Assembly (NCBI GenBank): GCA_049317705.1
Contig: JBMOHT010000003.1
Span: 165-64,164, forward strand
Direction of reading: 5' to 3'
DNA length: 64,000 bases
Source: Bacteroidota bacterium
GTDB lineage: Bacteria; Bacteroidota; Ignavibacteria; UBA10030; UBA8401
Part shown: piece after piece, positions 38,981 through 48,878 of the stretch
How the letters are laid out: each line of letters begins with the position of its first letter
Position numbering within the stretch: position 1 is the stretch's first letter
Program-made: the position numbers and the translations under genes
The notes under the pieces: generated by a model
What the model was told of the DNA's origin: nothing
Database searches by the model: none
The model's input: the letters and a program-made list of their open reading frames with translations, nothing else

Positions 38981-39761
38981 TTCGCATTGTCATCTGTTCT
39001 ATGAGGACTTTAAGGAAGACATGGAAGGAGTATTGGCGAGAGCCAATGATGCCGGCGTGAAGTATTTCATCGTTCCCGCGACCAATCATCAAACGGCAGT
39101 TGAAGCCATCCGACTTGCAGAACAATATCCGGGGATCTTTGCATCGGTCGGTTTCCATCCGCTCGATCTGAAAGAGTTCACCGAAGAACGGTTGAGGGAG
39201 ATCGAAGAACTTTCGAGGCATCCTAAAGTGGTAGCGATCGGCGAGATCGGGATCGATTATTTCTACGATACATCACCGAGGGAATATCAGCGGGAGATCT
39301 TTGCACGGCAGATCGAACTTGCCGTCCGCCGTGATATGCCGATCATTGTTCACACCCGTGATTCCGTTCAGGATGCGGTCGATATCGTGACCGAGCAGGT
39401 TGTGAAACATCCTGATTGGAAGAAGGAAGGGAAGAGGGGAGTATTCCATTGCTTCACCGGTAGTGTAGAACAGGCGCGGCATCTGTTCGACCATGGTTTT
39501 CTTGTCTCTTTTCCGGGACCGATCACGTTCAAAAAGGGGACGATGCATGAAGTTGTCCGTGAGATCGGACTGGACAATGTTATGGTGGAAACGGACTCAC
39601 CGTTCCTCACTCCCGTTCCGTTCAGAGGAAAGAGGAATGAACCTTCCTATATACCGATCATCGCTCAAAAGATCGCAGAGACGCTCAATATCCCTATCGA
39701 AGATGTGGCTGAGAGAACGACACGCAATGCCGTTGAATTATTCCAACTAACCGTCCAATGA
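38970..39761 (+). CDS. tatD: TatD-family metal-dependent hydrolase
   Basis: Start moved to internal Met at 38970 (MFIDSHCHL, canonical TatD start); 263 aa; overlaps upstream stop by 11 nt. Confidence 0.85.
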   Translation: MFIDSHCHLFYEDFKEDMEGVLARANDAGVKYFIVPATNHQTAVEAIRLAEQYPGIFASVGFHPLDLKEFTEERLREIEELSRHPKVVAIGEIGIDYFYDTSPREYQREIFARQIELAVRRDMPIIVHTRDSVQDAVDIVTEQVVKHPDWKKEGKRGVFHCFTGSVEQARHLFDHGFLVSFPGPITFKKGTMHEVVREIGLDNVMVETDSPFLTPVPFRGKRNEPSYIPIIAQKIAETLNIPIEDVAERTTRNAVELFQLTVQ

Positions 39762-39805
39762 ACTGTCCAATTGCAGTACTATAATTTAGGATAGAACTGA
39801 CCGAT

Positions 39806-41791
39806 ATGAAAAATCTCCTCCTGTTGATGTTCGTTCCGTTGACCCTTTTTGCTCAATCCGAGCAGCAGATCAGGATACATCAGGATAAAAGGATCGAACA
39901 ATCGCAGGAACTCTATACATATTTAAGATCCGACAATGAGCGAGAACGAGAACTGGCATTATTGGCGATCGCTAACATTCAGGATACAGCGGCAGTCGAT
40001 GCCGTTGCGCCACTGCTCACCGATGAAGTTCCCAAGGTCCGCTCAATGGCCGCTTTTGCATTGGGAATGATCAATAAACCGCGCTGTGCCACGCTGTTAT
40101 TCCGACGGCTCTCTGTGGAACGGGAAGAGAAATGTGTTGCGGATATCCTGAATGCAATCGGACTATGCGGAACGCAGGATGATCTGAAAAAGATGGTCGT
40201 CCAGGCGGAAGATTATCCTGAAGAGTGGAGATCGTGGCTTGCACTTTCCATAGCGCGTTTTGCTAACCGCAAGATCAAGGATATCACCGCAACAAAATTT
40301 GCCGCAACGCTGCTCAACGATAATGCGACAGTCATCAATGCAACGTACGCATTGATGAGGATCGGCGATACAACAGTGATCAGGAATAATCGAATCCGGT
40401 TGATAGAGCAGCTGGGGAATTCCTCCGCGATCGTCCGAATGTGGAGCGCTTCGGCACTCTCAGTATTGAAGGACGATGAAACGATACAAGCACTTACTCG
40501 GACAGCAGAACAGGATAAGGACTGGCGGGTTCGCGTGAATGCTATCCGTGCACTCCGTTCCAAACCATCTTCTCGGATGACGGTGCTGAAAGCAATCAAT
40601 GATAAAAATGAACATGCCGCATTGAGTGCCGTTGCATCGTACGATCAAATAACTGCGGACGAAACGGTAATTGCAGACAGCAGTATCATGTTCGAGCTTC
40701 TGCGGTCGACCGTTACGCCGGTCTCCGTGAAAGAGGATATCCGTATTTTGCTGGCGAAGAAGATGGGTGAACGGGCGATCCCGTTGATCGGTCCATGGAA
40801 GAATGAGAATCCCTACATTGCGGCTCAGCGTGTGAGAGCGTTTGGTGCTACCGGTTCCGAGAAAAGTGTTCCGTTGATCAGGGAGGCGATACTGCAATCC
40901 GGTTCTTCATCCGCCATTGTGACGATCGCCGGGATCGAATCGTATCAATCCATCGCTCAACATTCAAATGAACAGGTAAAGAAAGATTTTTTGAAGACTG
41001 CGATCCTGATGTTCGCACGGAATGATGCGGGAATTTCGTATACATCGTCAGTGGCATTTCAGGATACGGCATTCTCTGCAGATATTCGGAAGATATATCT
41101 TTCAGCACTTGTCACGGCGTACAATAATATGAAGGCTCCTGCAGATCTTGAACCAATGGTAGAACTGCTGAAAGTGTTCGGCGAAATAGGAGATTCGAGC
41201 GCACTGCCTTCCATCGAGAATGCTCTAACAGCGCAGGACAATGTCATACGACGTTCGGCTGAAAAAGCGTATACTGCGATCACAGACGAAGAGCCGCCGA
41301 CCGGTTCAGTCAGCAGTGCCGAGAGTTACAAACCGTTCTATTCAATGCAGGACCTTCCACTGCTAGAACAGTATAAAGGTGCAGAAATAACAACTTCGCG
41401 GGGAAAGATCCGAATTACCTTTGAGAAGGAAGCCGCACCGTTCACGGTGCTGAACTTCATCAAACTTGCCAAGCAAAAATTCTATGACGGACTATCGTTC
41501 CACCGGGTGGTGAGCAATTTTGTGATCCAGGGGGGTGATCCTTTAGGGAACGGAAGCGGCGGTCCGAACTATTCGATTAGGACGGAAGTGCATCCGAATG
41601 CGCGGTTCAAAAGCGGGGGAGTGGGAATGGCGAGTGCAGGAAAGGATACCGAGGGATCCCAGTGGTTCATCACGCATTGTCCCACGCCGCACTTAGATTA
41701 CCGGTATACCGTCTTCGGATATACGCCCGATGCGAAGGTCATCGACCAGATCATGATTGGTGACAAGATCGAAAGGATTGTATTGTTTTAA
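39806..41791 (+). CDS. Periplasmic HEAT-repeat protein fused to C-terminal cyclophilin-type peptidyl-prolyl isomerase
   Basis: Signal peptide; multiple HEAT/PBS-lyase-like repeats (VRSMAAFALG, VRMWSASALS, WRVRVNAIRALR); C-terminal FHRVVSNFVIQGGDP...GMASAGKDTEGSQWFIT cyclophilin signature. Confidence 0.75.
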   Translation: MKNLLLLMFVPLTLFAQSEQQIRIHQDKRIEQSQELYTYLRSDNERERELALLAIANIQDTAAVDAVAPLLTDEVPKVRSMAAFALGMINKPRCATLLFRRLSVEREEKCVADILNAIGLCGTQDDLKKMVVQAEDYPEEWRSWLALSIARFANRKIKDITATKFAATLLNDNATVINATYALMRIGDTTVIRNNRIRLIEQLGNSSAIVRMWSASALSVLKDDETIQALTRTAEQDKDWRVRVNAIRALRSKPSSRMTVLKAINDKNEHAALSAVASYDQITADETVIADSSIMFELLRSTVTPVSVKEDIRILLAKKMGERAIPLIGPWKNENPYIAAQRVRAFGATGSEKSVPLIREAILQSGSSSAIVTIAGIESYQSIAQHSNEQVKKDFLKTAILMFARNDAGISYTSSVAFQDTAFSADIRKIYLSALVTAYNNMKAPADLEPMVELLKVFGEIGDSSALPSIENALTAQDNVIRRSAEKAYTAITDEEPPTGSVSSAESYKPFYSMQDLPLLEQYKGAEITTSRGKIRITFEKEAAPFTVLNFIKLAKQKFYDGLSFHRVVSNFVIQGGDPLGNGSGGPNYSIRTEVHPNARFKSGGVGMASAGKDTEGSQWFITHCPTPHLDYRYTVFGYTPDAKVIDQIMIGDKIERIVLF

Positions 41792-41806
41792 CGGAATTAT
41801 ATTCTA

Positions 41807-42199
41807 TTGCGAGCGGTTATAATGTTTATGATTGGTGTTCCATATAGAAAAATAAGAGTTGCCGGGTGCGTAGTTCAACAAGTGATCACATCCATGATCA
41901 TTCTCGCCATGTTGTGCTCCGCCACAGCACCGGTGTTTCCATCCGCGATGGTTGACCACAATACGACCCCGACTGAGTGGCATTTGGATCAGGAACACGG
42001 CGATCATATTTTTCTATCCTCGGTCAAGGCGAATACACATGTCCGATACATTGATATTTCGTATGATCCTCAGTCTGTAAACCACCAGTATCTGATTTCA
42101 TGGTTTGGTGAATCACCGGTGGCGTTAATTCCTGTCACTACCGGACCGTCATATTCTCTGCTGCTTGTCTATTCACAAACGACCTCTTCCGATCTCTGA
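41807..42199 (+). CDS. Hypothetical protein (weakly supported)
   Basis: 130-aa ORF in otherwise gene-free 700-nt interval; hydrophobic N-terminus; no homology recognised. Confidence 0.2.
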   Translation: MRAVIMFMIGVPYRKIRVAGCVVQQVITSMIILAMLCSATAPVFPSAMVDHNTTPTEWHLDQEHGDHIFLSSVKANTHVRYIDISYDPQSVNHQYLISWFGESPVALIPVTTGPSYSLLLVYSQTTSSDL

Positions 42200-42292
42200 G
42201 TAATTCTCCTCTGCACGTCGAAAAACCAATGCAACAAAGACGAATATTTCTTTTGCAAAGGATATTATTGTCATCAATTAAAGGAAGAGTGA

Positions 42293-42420
42293 AAATGAAG
42301 CCAATTGACTCAAACGAACGTCCTGACTCACCAGTCGGGACACCGATATTTCTTTACATCTTTATCGGGATATTAGTGTTAAGCCTTGTCGGAATGATAG
42401 GTATGGTAATTTTCAGCTAA
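42293..42420 (+). CDS. Small single-TM membrane protein (hypothetical)
   Basis: AGGAAG RBS 7 nt upstream of ATG at 42293; C-terminal hydrophobic helix; followed by strong terminator. Confidence 0.25.
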
Positions 42421-42442
42421 CGAAAATCAATGGGGGTGGGTA

Positions 42443-42476
42443 CAAAAAAAAGGCGGCATCAGCCGCCTTTTTTTAT
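42443..42476. terminator. Bidirectional rho-independent terminator (A-run/hairpin/T-run)
   Basis: AAAAAAAAGGCGGCATCAGCCGCCTTTTTTT between convergent genes. Confidence 0.65.
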
Positions 42477-42489
42477 TCTATTGATCCAA

Positions 42490-42828
42490 TTATCGGAAAC
42501 TTTCGACCGCACTCTTGACGCTGTCATGAAGTTCGATCACATTACTGACCTTGGTCATCTTGAATACCTGTGCTACCTTCTCAGCAGCAGAAGCGATCTT
42601 CAGATTCCCGCCGGCATTCCGCATGGTTGTTACGGCGCCGATCAGCATCCCTAATCCCGAACTGTTCATCAATGAGACACCGCTCAGGTCCACAACGATA
42701 AATTTCTTCTTCGCATCGAGCAGTTTGTGAAGTGCGCTATTGAGTTCGGATGCTTCCGGACCGCCGAGCATAGAACCTTCCATCTTCACTACGGTGATAT
42801 CGTTCAGTTCTTTCGTTGAGAATTTCAT
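42490..42828 (-). CDS. STAS-domain anti-sigma-factor antagonist (SpoIIAA/RsbV-like)
   Basis: VDLSGVSLMNSSGLGMLIG phosphorylatable-Ser STAS motif; 112 aa. Confidence 0.8.
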   Translation of the reverse strand: MKFSTKELNDITVVKMEGSMLGGPEASELNSALHKLLDAKKKFIVVDLSGVSLMNSSGLGMLIGAVTTMRNAGGNLKIASAAEKVAQVFKMTKVSNVIELHDSVKSAVESFR

Positions 42829-42858
42829 AAGGTTCCCGATGTTGAACTAGTTGGTTGC

Positions 42859-43773
42859 TTACTGTTTCTTTGTTTTGCGCAGGGACATGTCCAGCACGAT
42901 CGCACTTGCGACATAGATGGACGAATATGTTCCCAGGATCGTTCCGATGAAGAATGTGAACGCGAATCCGCGGTTCACTTCGCCTCCAAAGACGATCAGC
43001 ACGATCAGCACGAGGATCACAGTTCCGCTGGTGATCACCGTTCTGCTCAGTGTCTCATTCACCGAACGGTTCATGATGTTGAACAGCGATTCCGTCTTAT
43101 GGATCTTCAGATTCTCACGGATACGATCGAACACGATAACCGTATCATTGATCGAGAATCCGATCAGCGTCAGGAACGCCGCCATGATCGTCTGATTGAT
43201 CTCAAGACTCAGGTGAGGATTGAGTCCGTTCAGCAGAACGATAATGCCAAGCGTCGCGATCACGTCATGGAAGATAGCGACAACACCGGCAACGCCGTAT
43301 ATGAAATGGAACCGGAAGCCGACATAGATCATGATCAGCAGCATCGTTGCACCGACTGCGTAGATGGCATTCCGGCGAAGTTCTTCACCGATCTTCGGTC
43401 CGATCTTATCTTCGCGAAGCACGGTGAATTTGCTTGAGGGGAATTCCTTCTGGAGTTCCGAACGGATCTGTTCCGCTACTTTTCCGCCTTCACCCTGTTG
43501 GGAAGTGAAGATGAGGATATCGGTCGGTTTTCCGAAGGACTTAATTTCCGTCCCTTTGAATCCGATCTTATCCATCGCGTTGCGGATATCGGAGACAGCC
43601 GGGGGATTCTCGAACCGGAGCAGTAATTCCGTTCCGCCGAGGAAGTCGATACCGAAAGTGAGACCTTTACCGAAGATACCGGCAAGACCGACAACAAGGG
43701 TGAAGACAGAGACCGCGTATGCGATGTTCCGCTTTCCCATAAAATCAATGTTCGTTTTTTTGAAAAGATGCAT
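42859..43773 (-). CDS. secF: Protein-export membrane protein SecF
   Basis: 6-TM SecF topology and conserved blocks; immediately downstream of secD. Confidence 0.9.
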   Translation of the reverse strand: MHLFKKTNIDFMGKRNIAYAVSVFTLVVGLAGIFGKGLTFGIDFLGGTELLLRFENPPAVSDIRNAMDKIGFKGTEIKSFGKPTDILIFTSQQGEGGKVAEQIRSELQKEFPSSKFTVLREDKIGPKIGEELRRNAIYAVGATMLLIMIYVGFRFHFIYGVAGVVAIFHDVIATLGIIVLLNGLNPHLSLEINQTIMAAFLTLIGFSINDTVIVFDRIRENLKIHKTESLFNIMNRSVNETLSRTVITSGTVILVLIVLIVFGGEVNRGFAFTFFIGTILGTYSSIYVASAIVLDMSLRKTKKQ

Positions 43774-43835
43774 TACAATTATTCTCCTAAATCAATAAAT
43801 ATCGTATCGTCAATTCTGTTGATTGCATCGGTCGT

Positions 43836-45722
43836 TTAACCGAAGTTGATCTCGGTTGAACCGCGTTCTACCATGATATCGAACACGACACGTGTGATGA
43901 CAATGGCCGTGAATAAGTTTGCAGTCACACCCATCATCAGCGTCAAGGCAAATCCCTGGATCGGACCTGTACCGAACTGATACAAGACAACGCCTGAGAA
44001 GAATGTCGTAACGTTCGAGTCAAGGATAGCGCTGAATGCTTTTCCGTAACCGGCATCGATCGCTGCGCGGAGTCCTTTGTGCGTAAGCAATTCCTCGCGG
44101 ATACGTTCATAGATCAGCACGTTCGCATCCACCGCCATACCGATGGTCAGGACGATACCGGCGATACCGGGAAGCGTCATTGTACCGCCGAATGCTGCGA
44201 GGATCGCAAAGATGAAGAGCACGTTCACAAAAAGAGCTATATTGGCTACTGCGCCGCCGGTGCGGTAATACACCAGCATGAACAGAACAGTGATAATGAG
44301 TGCATAGGTGAATGAACTGACACCTGCTGCGATGGAATCCTCACCAAGTGACGGTCCGACGGAACGCTGTTCCATGATCTCAACAGGAGCGGGCAGTGCG
44401 CCGGCCTTCAGGATGATCTCCAGCAGACGGGCCTCTTCAAGATTCTCCATCCCTTCGATCTGTGAACGGCCGCCGGTGATCTTACCGCGGATGTTCGGCG
44501 CAGAGAACACAGCATCATCAAGGACGATCGCCATGCGTTTGTTCACGTTCGCACCGGTGATGCGAGCCCATTCACGTGAACCTTCACCGTTCATTTCCAT
44601 TGTTACGATCGCTTGATTGAAGTTCGGATCGATGGTTGCCTGAGCATTCACGATCACGCTGCCGGTCAATTCCGGCGTCCTCTTCAGACCGAAGAGACTG
44701 TAGTATTTTACTCCTTCGTTGATGAAGATATGTTTGGAAGAGAAGGAGAACGCCATATCCGACGGGATGAGCCGTTGAACATCAGGACGAGCAAGGATCT
44801 TCACGACTTTTTCCTTGTCATTCTCGGAGACATACGCTTCACCGTTGCCTTGTTGATTCGGACGTGCAAGGATAAGGAAAGGATGTTCTTTTGCCTGCTG
44901 CTCGGGAGATTTTTGGGCATCACCTGCATTAGCAGAAGTATCGTTCTTGCTGGTCAAGGCGGTCAAAGAATTCTTTGCTTCGGCTGCTTTCTTTGTTGTG
45001 TCGCCGGAAGCGGTTGTATCGGAATATCCTTTTCCTGCAAGGAATTTATCCACTGCATCCATCGTCTTATAAATGACATCAGGATCCTTCATCAGCTTGA
45101 ACTCAAGGAGAGCTGTTCCCTGAAGCAGCTGCCGAACTTCATCTTCTTTTGATACACCGGGAAGTTCCACGATGATCCTGCGGCCGCCCTGCTTTTGGAT
45201 GGACGGTTCGGAAACGCCGTATTGGTCAACGCGGTTACGGATGATCTCCATTGCACGGTCAACGGCTTTGTCCGTCTCGTCCTGCAGACGCTTCAGGATC
45301 TTGTCGTTATCTTCACGAAGACTTCCGTAATATCTGTTCAATCGGACCTGTTTTGTATCGAATGCACGCTGGAAGATCGGGATGATCCCTTCATCACTGG
45401 TTTTCGCTTCTGCGGAAACTTCTGACATAAGCTGAGCGAACTGATCATCTTTATTCTTGGCGATCTGTTCGAGCATCTTCAATACGTTCACTTCCATCAC
45501 AACGCGCATGCCGCCTTGAAGGTCCAGACCAAGCTTGATCCGTTTTCCTTTGGCTTCGCGCATTGATAGTTCATTTTCCGTCAGATACTTAGCACTGTCG
45601 GCACCGGTGAGTGAGGATAATTCCTTCTCAAAATGGTACGATTGATAGGTAGGATAGAGAAAATAGAGTGCCAACGCGAATGTGGCGACAATGACAAACA
45701 ACTTACCGCGATTTTTTTTCAC
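43836..45722 (-). CDS. secD: Protein-export membrane protein SecD
   Basis: 628 aa, N-terminal TM, large periplasmic domain, C-terminal 5 TM with SecD blocks; GGAGG RBS. Confidence 0.9.
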   Translation of the reverse strand: MKKNRGKLFVIVATFALALYFLYPTYQSYHFEKELSSLTGADSAKYLTENELSMREAKGKRIKLGLDLQGGMRVVMEVNVLKMLEQIAKNKDDQFAQLMSEVSAEAKTSDEGIIPIFQRAFDTKQVRLNRYYGSLREDNDKILKRLQDETDKAVDRAMEIIRNRVDQYGVSEPSIQKQGGRRIIVELPGVSKEDEVRQLLQGTALLEFKLMKDPDVIYKTMDAVDKFLAGKGYSDTTASGDTTKKAAEAKNSLTALTSKNDTSANAGDAQKSPEQQAKEHPFLILARPNQQGNGEAYVSENDKEKVVKILARPDVQRLIPSDMAFSFSSKHIFINEGVKYYSLFGLKRTPELTGSVIVNAQATIDPNFNQAIVTMEMNGEGSREWARITGANVNKRMAIVLDDAVFSAPNIRGKITGGRSQIEGMENLEEARLLEIILKAGALPAPVEIMEQRSVGPSLGEDSIAAGVSSFTYALIITVLFMLVYYRTGGAVANIALFVNVLFIFAILAAFGGTMTLPGIAGIVLTIGMAVDANVLIYERIREELLTHKGLRAAIDAGYGKAFSAILDSNVTTFFSGVVLYQFGTGPIQGFALTLMMGVTANLFTAIVITRVVFDIMVERGSTEINFG

Positions 45723-45935
45723 AAATAAACCTCCAACAATAACAGGTGTTTTTGAATTAATAGTAGTTCAAGGAGAAAAATATAACGCAAAACCGCTCTA
45801 AAATCAATGAAAATTTACCCTGATGCCTCCCATGTTCGTTGTTAATCAGTCGATATTTTTCTACTTTGTTCCAGCAGTGTAACTTTTCAGCGTAAAATCC
45901 GAAAGATTTACCTGCAATTCATTCGACAATACTCA

Positions 45936-48005
45936 ATGCGTCTCAGAAAAATCCTGCTCCTGACCGGAGCGATCATACTTTCCGTCATCGTTTTCATCAT
46001 CAACGCTGCTTCCAAGAATATCGATCTGGAAGCGTCGATGATGCAGCATATCCGCACCGGATGTATCCTATTCTCATTTGCCGCTGTCTACTTTTATATT
46101 CAGATCATTAAACGGGAAAAATCGCTCGGCATTGTTCAAGGCATTGGATCGGTTGCCGTTTTTGCAGGGATATTCCTCGGCTCGTATCTTGTCATCAGTT
46201 TTTTACCGCTCAAAGGATTTGAAGCGCGGGATCAGATACTGTATCCGCGTGACTATCAGACAATATTCTTCTCTTCGATCATCAGCATCGTTTCCGGGAT
46301 ATTTGCAATTGTCTCACTTCTCTATATTAAAGATCTGATCCTTTATAAGCGGAAGAAAACAACACTGAGGAATTTTTTGATCCTGATCGGAAGTATCGTC
46401 ATCGCATCGATCTCCGAACTGTTCAACAAGCCGCTCGAAGACTCAACGGTCAGCGTCTCTTTCCTTGTGATCGCAGTGCTCATGATCATCGTCAATTCAT
46501 TCCGGCTTGCTTGGATCGCGTATCTGCCTCGGAAGGAAAAGATCTATTCGTTGCTCTATTCATTGTTATCCTTCTTTGGTTTCCTCATCATCATTATCAT
46601 CATCTCAAGCGAGGCAGGGTGGACCGAGAAGGGGATCCACTATTATAGTCCGGCACTCTTTACCTTTGTCCGGCTGACGTCGATCTTTGGTGCCGTCTAT
46701 TTCGGGATGTCGTTCAGCAGCACATTGTTCCATCTTCCCACGGCTGAGGCCTTTGACCGGAAACAAAATGAGATCAGTTCACTGCACAATCTCAGCCGGT
46801 TGATCAATCAAGTGTTCGATTTGAAGGACCTCGCAGAGACAGCTACGAAGATGACCACCGAGGTGATCCAATCCACCAGCGTATGGCTCGAGATCATTCC
46901 AACGGAAGGTTCCTTCCATAAGAGCGGATTGATGTCGCACCGCAATATCGACGAGCATGAGATCGAAATGATCCTGGCAGGGGGAGAGAAATCTGTGCGG
47001 GCCATCGTTTGCGAAACAAAGAAGGTGCTGATGATCGACGATATGAGCACTGACCGCAGGACGAAACATCTTCCGAAGATGAAGAAGGCCGGTTCGCTGC
47101 TGATCGTTCCGCTGTTGTCGCATCAGCATGTGATCGGAATTCTCTATGCAACCAAAGAGATGAATTACGGATTCGATCAGGATGATGTGGACATTCTCGC
47201 CGGATTTGCGGACCAGGTATCGATCGCCATTGAAAACGCGCGGCTGATCGAACGGTCACTTGAAAAGGAACGCCTGCAACGGGAACTGATCCTCGCTCAG
47301 GAAATGCAGAAACGTTTGCTGCCGCAGGAACTTCCGGTCTTCTCAACGGTGGATATGAAAGCAGTATCATCTCCGGCACTTGAGGTCGGCGGGGATTATT
47401 ACGACTACGTTCAGATCGATAAGGAACTTGTCGGTATTGTGATCGGTGATGTGTCCGGAAAAGGTGTCGGAGCCGCATTCTATATGGCGGAAGTGAAAGG
47501 GATATTCCAGTCGTTAGCGAAGATCTACCGCTCACCGCGTGAATTCATGATCAAAGCAAATGACGCACTCGTTTCAAGTATCGACAAACGGTCGTTCATC
47601 AGTCTGATCTATTCCACCATCAATGTCCGGACCGGTGAATTGATCATTGCGCGGGCGGGGCATTGTCCCATCTTATATAATTCAGCGGGAACAAGTGAAT
47701 ATCTTAAACCGGTCGGTCTCGGACTTGGGATCAAATCCGGAGCGATCTTCGATGAAAATGTTGAAGAGCAAAAAATCATGATGAAAAGTGGAGATGTCTG
47801 TGTATTTTATACGGACGGCGTTACGGAATCTCGTGCAACGGACGGGGAAGAATTCGGTTACGAACGTTTGTCGGACGTCGTGAATGCGAATCGGCATCGA
47901 ACTGCGGAAGAGATCAAGGAATCGATCATTCAGACCGTCTGGAGTTATACGGATGCGCAGGGGTATCACGATGATCTGACGATCTTTGTGGTGAAATGGC
48001 TGTAA
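45936..48005 (+). CDS. Membrane-anchored PP2C-type Ser/Thr phosphatase with multi-TM sensor and GAF domain (RsbU/SpoIIE family)
   Basis: ~8 predicted TM helices in the first 270 aa, GAF region, C-terminal PP2C/SpoIIE blocks (GDVSGKGVGAAFYMA, FYTDGVTE, DDLT). Confidence 0.8.
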   Translation: MRLRKILLLTGAIILSVIVFIINAASKNIDLEASMMQHIRTGCILFSFAAVYFYIQIIKREKSLGIVQGIGSVAVFAGIFLGSYLVISFLPLKGFEARDQILYPRDYQTIFFSSIISIVSGIFAIVSLLYIKDLILYKRKKTTLRNFLILIGSIVIASISELFNKPLEDSTVSVSFLVIAVLMIIVNSFRLAWIAYLPRKEKIYSLLYSLLSFFGFLIIIIIISSEAGWTEKGIHYYSPALFTFVRLTSIFGAVYFGMSFSSTLFHLPTAEAFDRKQNEISSLHNLSRLINQVFDLKDLAETATKMTTEVIQSTSVWLEIIPTEGSFHKSGLMSHRNIDEHEIEMILAGGEKSVRAIVCETKKVLMIDDMSTDRRTKHLPKMKKAGSLLIVPLLSHQHVIGILYATKEMNYGFDQDDVDILAGFADQVSIAIENARLIERSLEKERLQRELILAQEMQKRLLPQELPVFSTVDMKAVSSPALEVGGDYYDYVQIDKELVGIVIGDVSGKGVGAAFYMAEVKGIFQSLAKIYRSPREFMIKANDALVSSIDKRSFISLIYSTINVRTGELIIARAGHCPILYNSAGTSEYLKPVGLGLGIKSGAIFDENVEEQKIMMKSGDVCVFYTDGVTESRATDGEEFGYERLSDVVNANRHRTAEEIKESIIQTVWSYTDAQGYHDDLTIFVVKWL

Positions 48006-48065
48006 AGTTCCTTCCGGACGTGGAACAAATATGACTATAAAACGTTTATCCTTTTAGGAGAAGGT

Positions 48066-48419
48066 ATGAGTGAATTCAAAGTAAACATTCGATCACGGGA
48101 CAACAACATTCAGGTGTTGGAGTTGAAGGGGTATCTTGATGCCCACACAACTCCGGTGTTGGAGGATGCGTTCCAGAAGATGTTGAACGAGAAACAATAC
48201 CGGCTTATCGTCAATTGTAAAGAATTATCATATATCTCAAGTGCAGGACTCGGCGTTTTCATGGCATTCATTGAGGATGTCCGTGCGAATCAGGGGGATA
48301 TAAAACTCTCTGATATGTCCCCGAAGGTGTTCAACATCTTCGATCTGCTCGGATTCCCGATGCTCTATGATATTGTGAAAGCAGAAGAGGAAGCAGCCAA
48401 AAAATTTGAGGAGAAATAA
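48066..48419 (+). CDS. STAS-domain anti-sigma-factor antagonist (RsbV-like)
   Basis: ISSAGLGVF STAS motif; 117 aa. Confidence 0.8.
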   Translation: MSEFKVNIRSRDNNIQVLELKGYLDAHTTPVLEDAFQKMLNEKQYRLIVNCKELSYISSAGLGVFMAFIEDVRANQGDIKLSDMSPKVFNIFDLLGFPMLYDIVKAEEEAAKKFEEK

Positions 48420-48441
48420 TAATCTGTTCCAATAAACGACC

Positions 48442-48870
48442 ATGGCAGTCCAGCAACCATATCGATCCGCACTGAGCATTCCGAGTCAAACGGAACGCCT
48501 GAACGATGTCCGGGAATTCGTTTCCGAACTGGCGCGTGCTCACGGATTCAGCGAGGATGATATCAATAAGATCACCATCGCGGTCGATGAGGCATGCACC
48601 AACATCATCAAGCACGGATATAATTACTCCCCCGACAAAAAGATCGATGTCGAGATCGTCCGCCGCGGACAGGATTTCGAGATCACCATCTCCGACAAAG
48701 GGAAACATTTCGATGCCAGTGCGATCCGTACACCGGATATGAAGGATTACTTCGAACATTACCGCCGCGGCGGTCTGGGAGTGTATCTGATGAAGCGCAT
48801 CATGGATAAAGTGGAGTTCAATCTGCAGAACGACCGGAATGTGCTCCGCATGACCAAAACACTTCACTGA
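48442..48870 (+). CDS. Anti-sigma regulatory factor / Ser-protein kinase (RsbW/SpoIIAB-like, HATPase_c)
   Basis: 142 aa; N-box EACTNIIKH, G-boxes DKGKHFD, GGLGVYLMKR. Confidence 0.8.
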   Translation: MAVQQPYRSALSIPSQTERLNDVREFVSELARAHGFSEDDINKITIAVDEACTNIIKHGYNYSPDKKIDVEIVRRGQDFEITISDKGKHFDASAIRTPDMKDYFEHYRRGGLGVYLMKRIMDKVEFNLQNDRNVLRMTKTLH

Positions 48871-48878
48871 CGGATACC

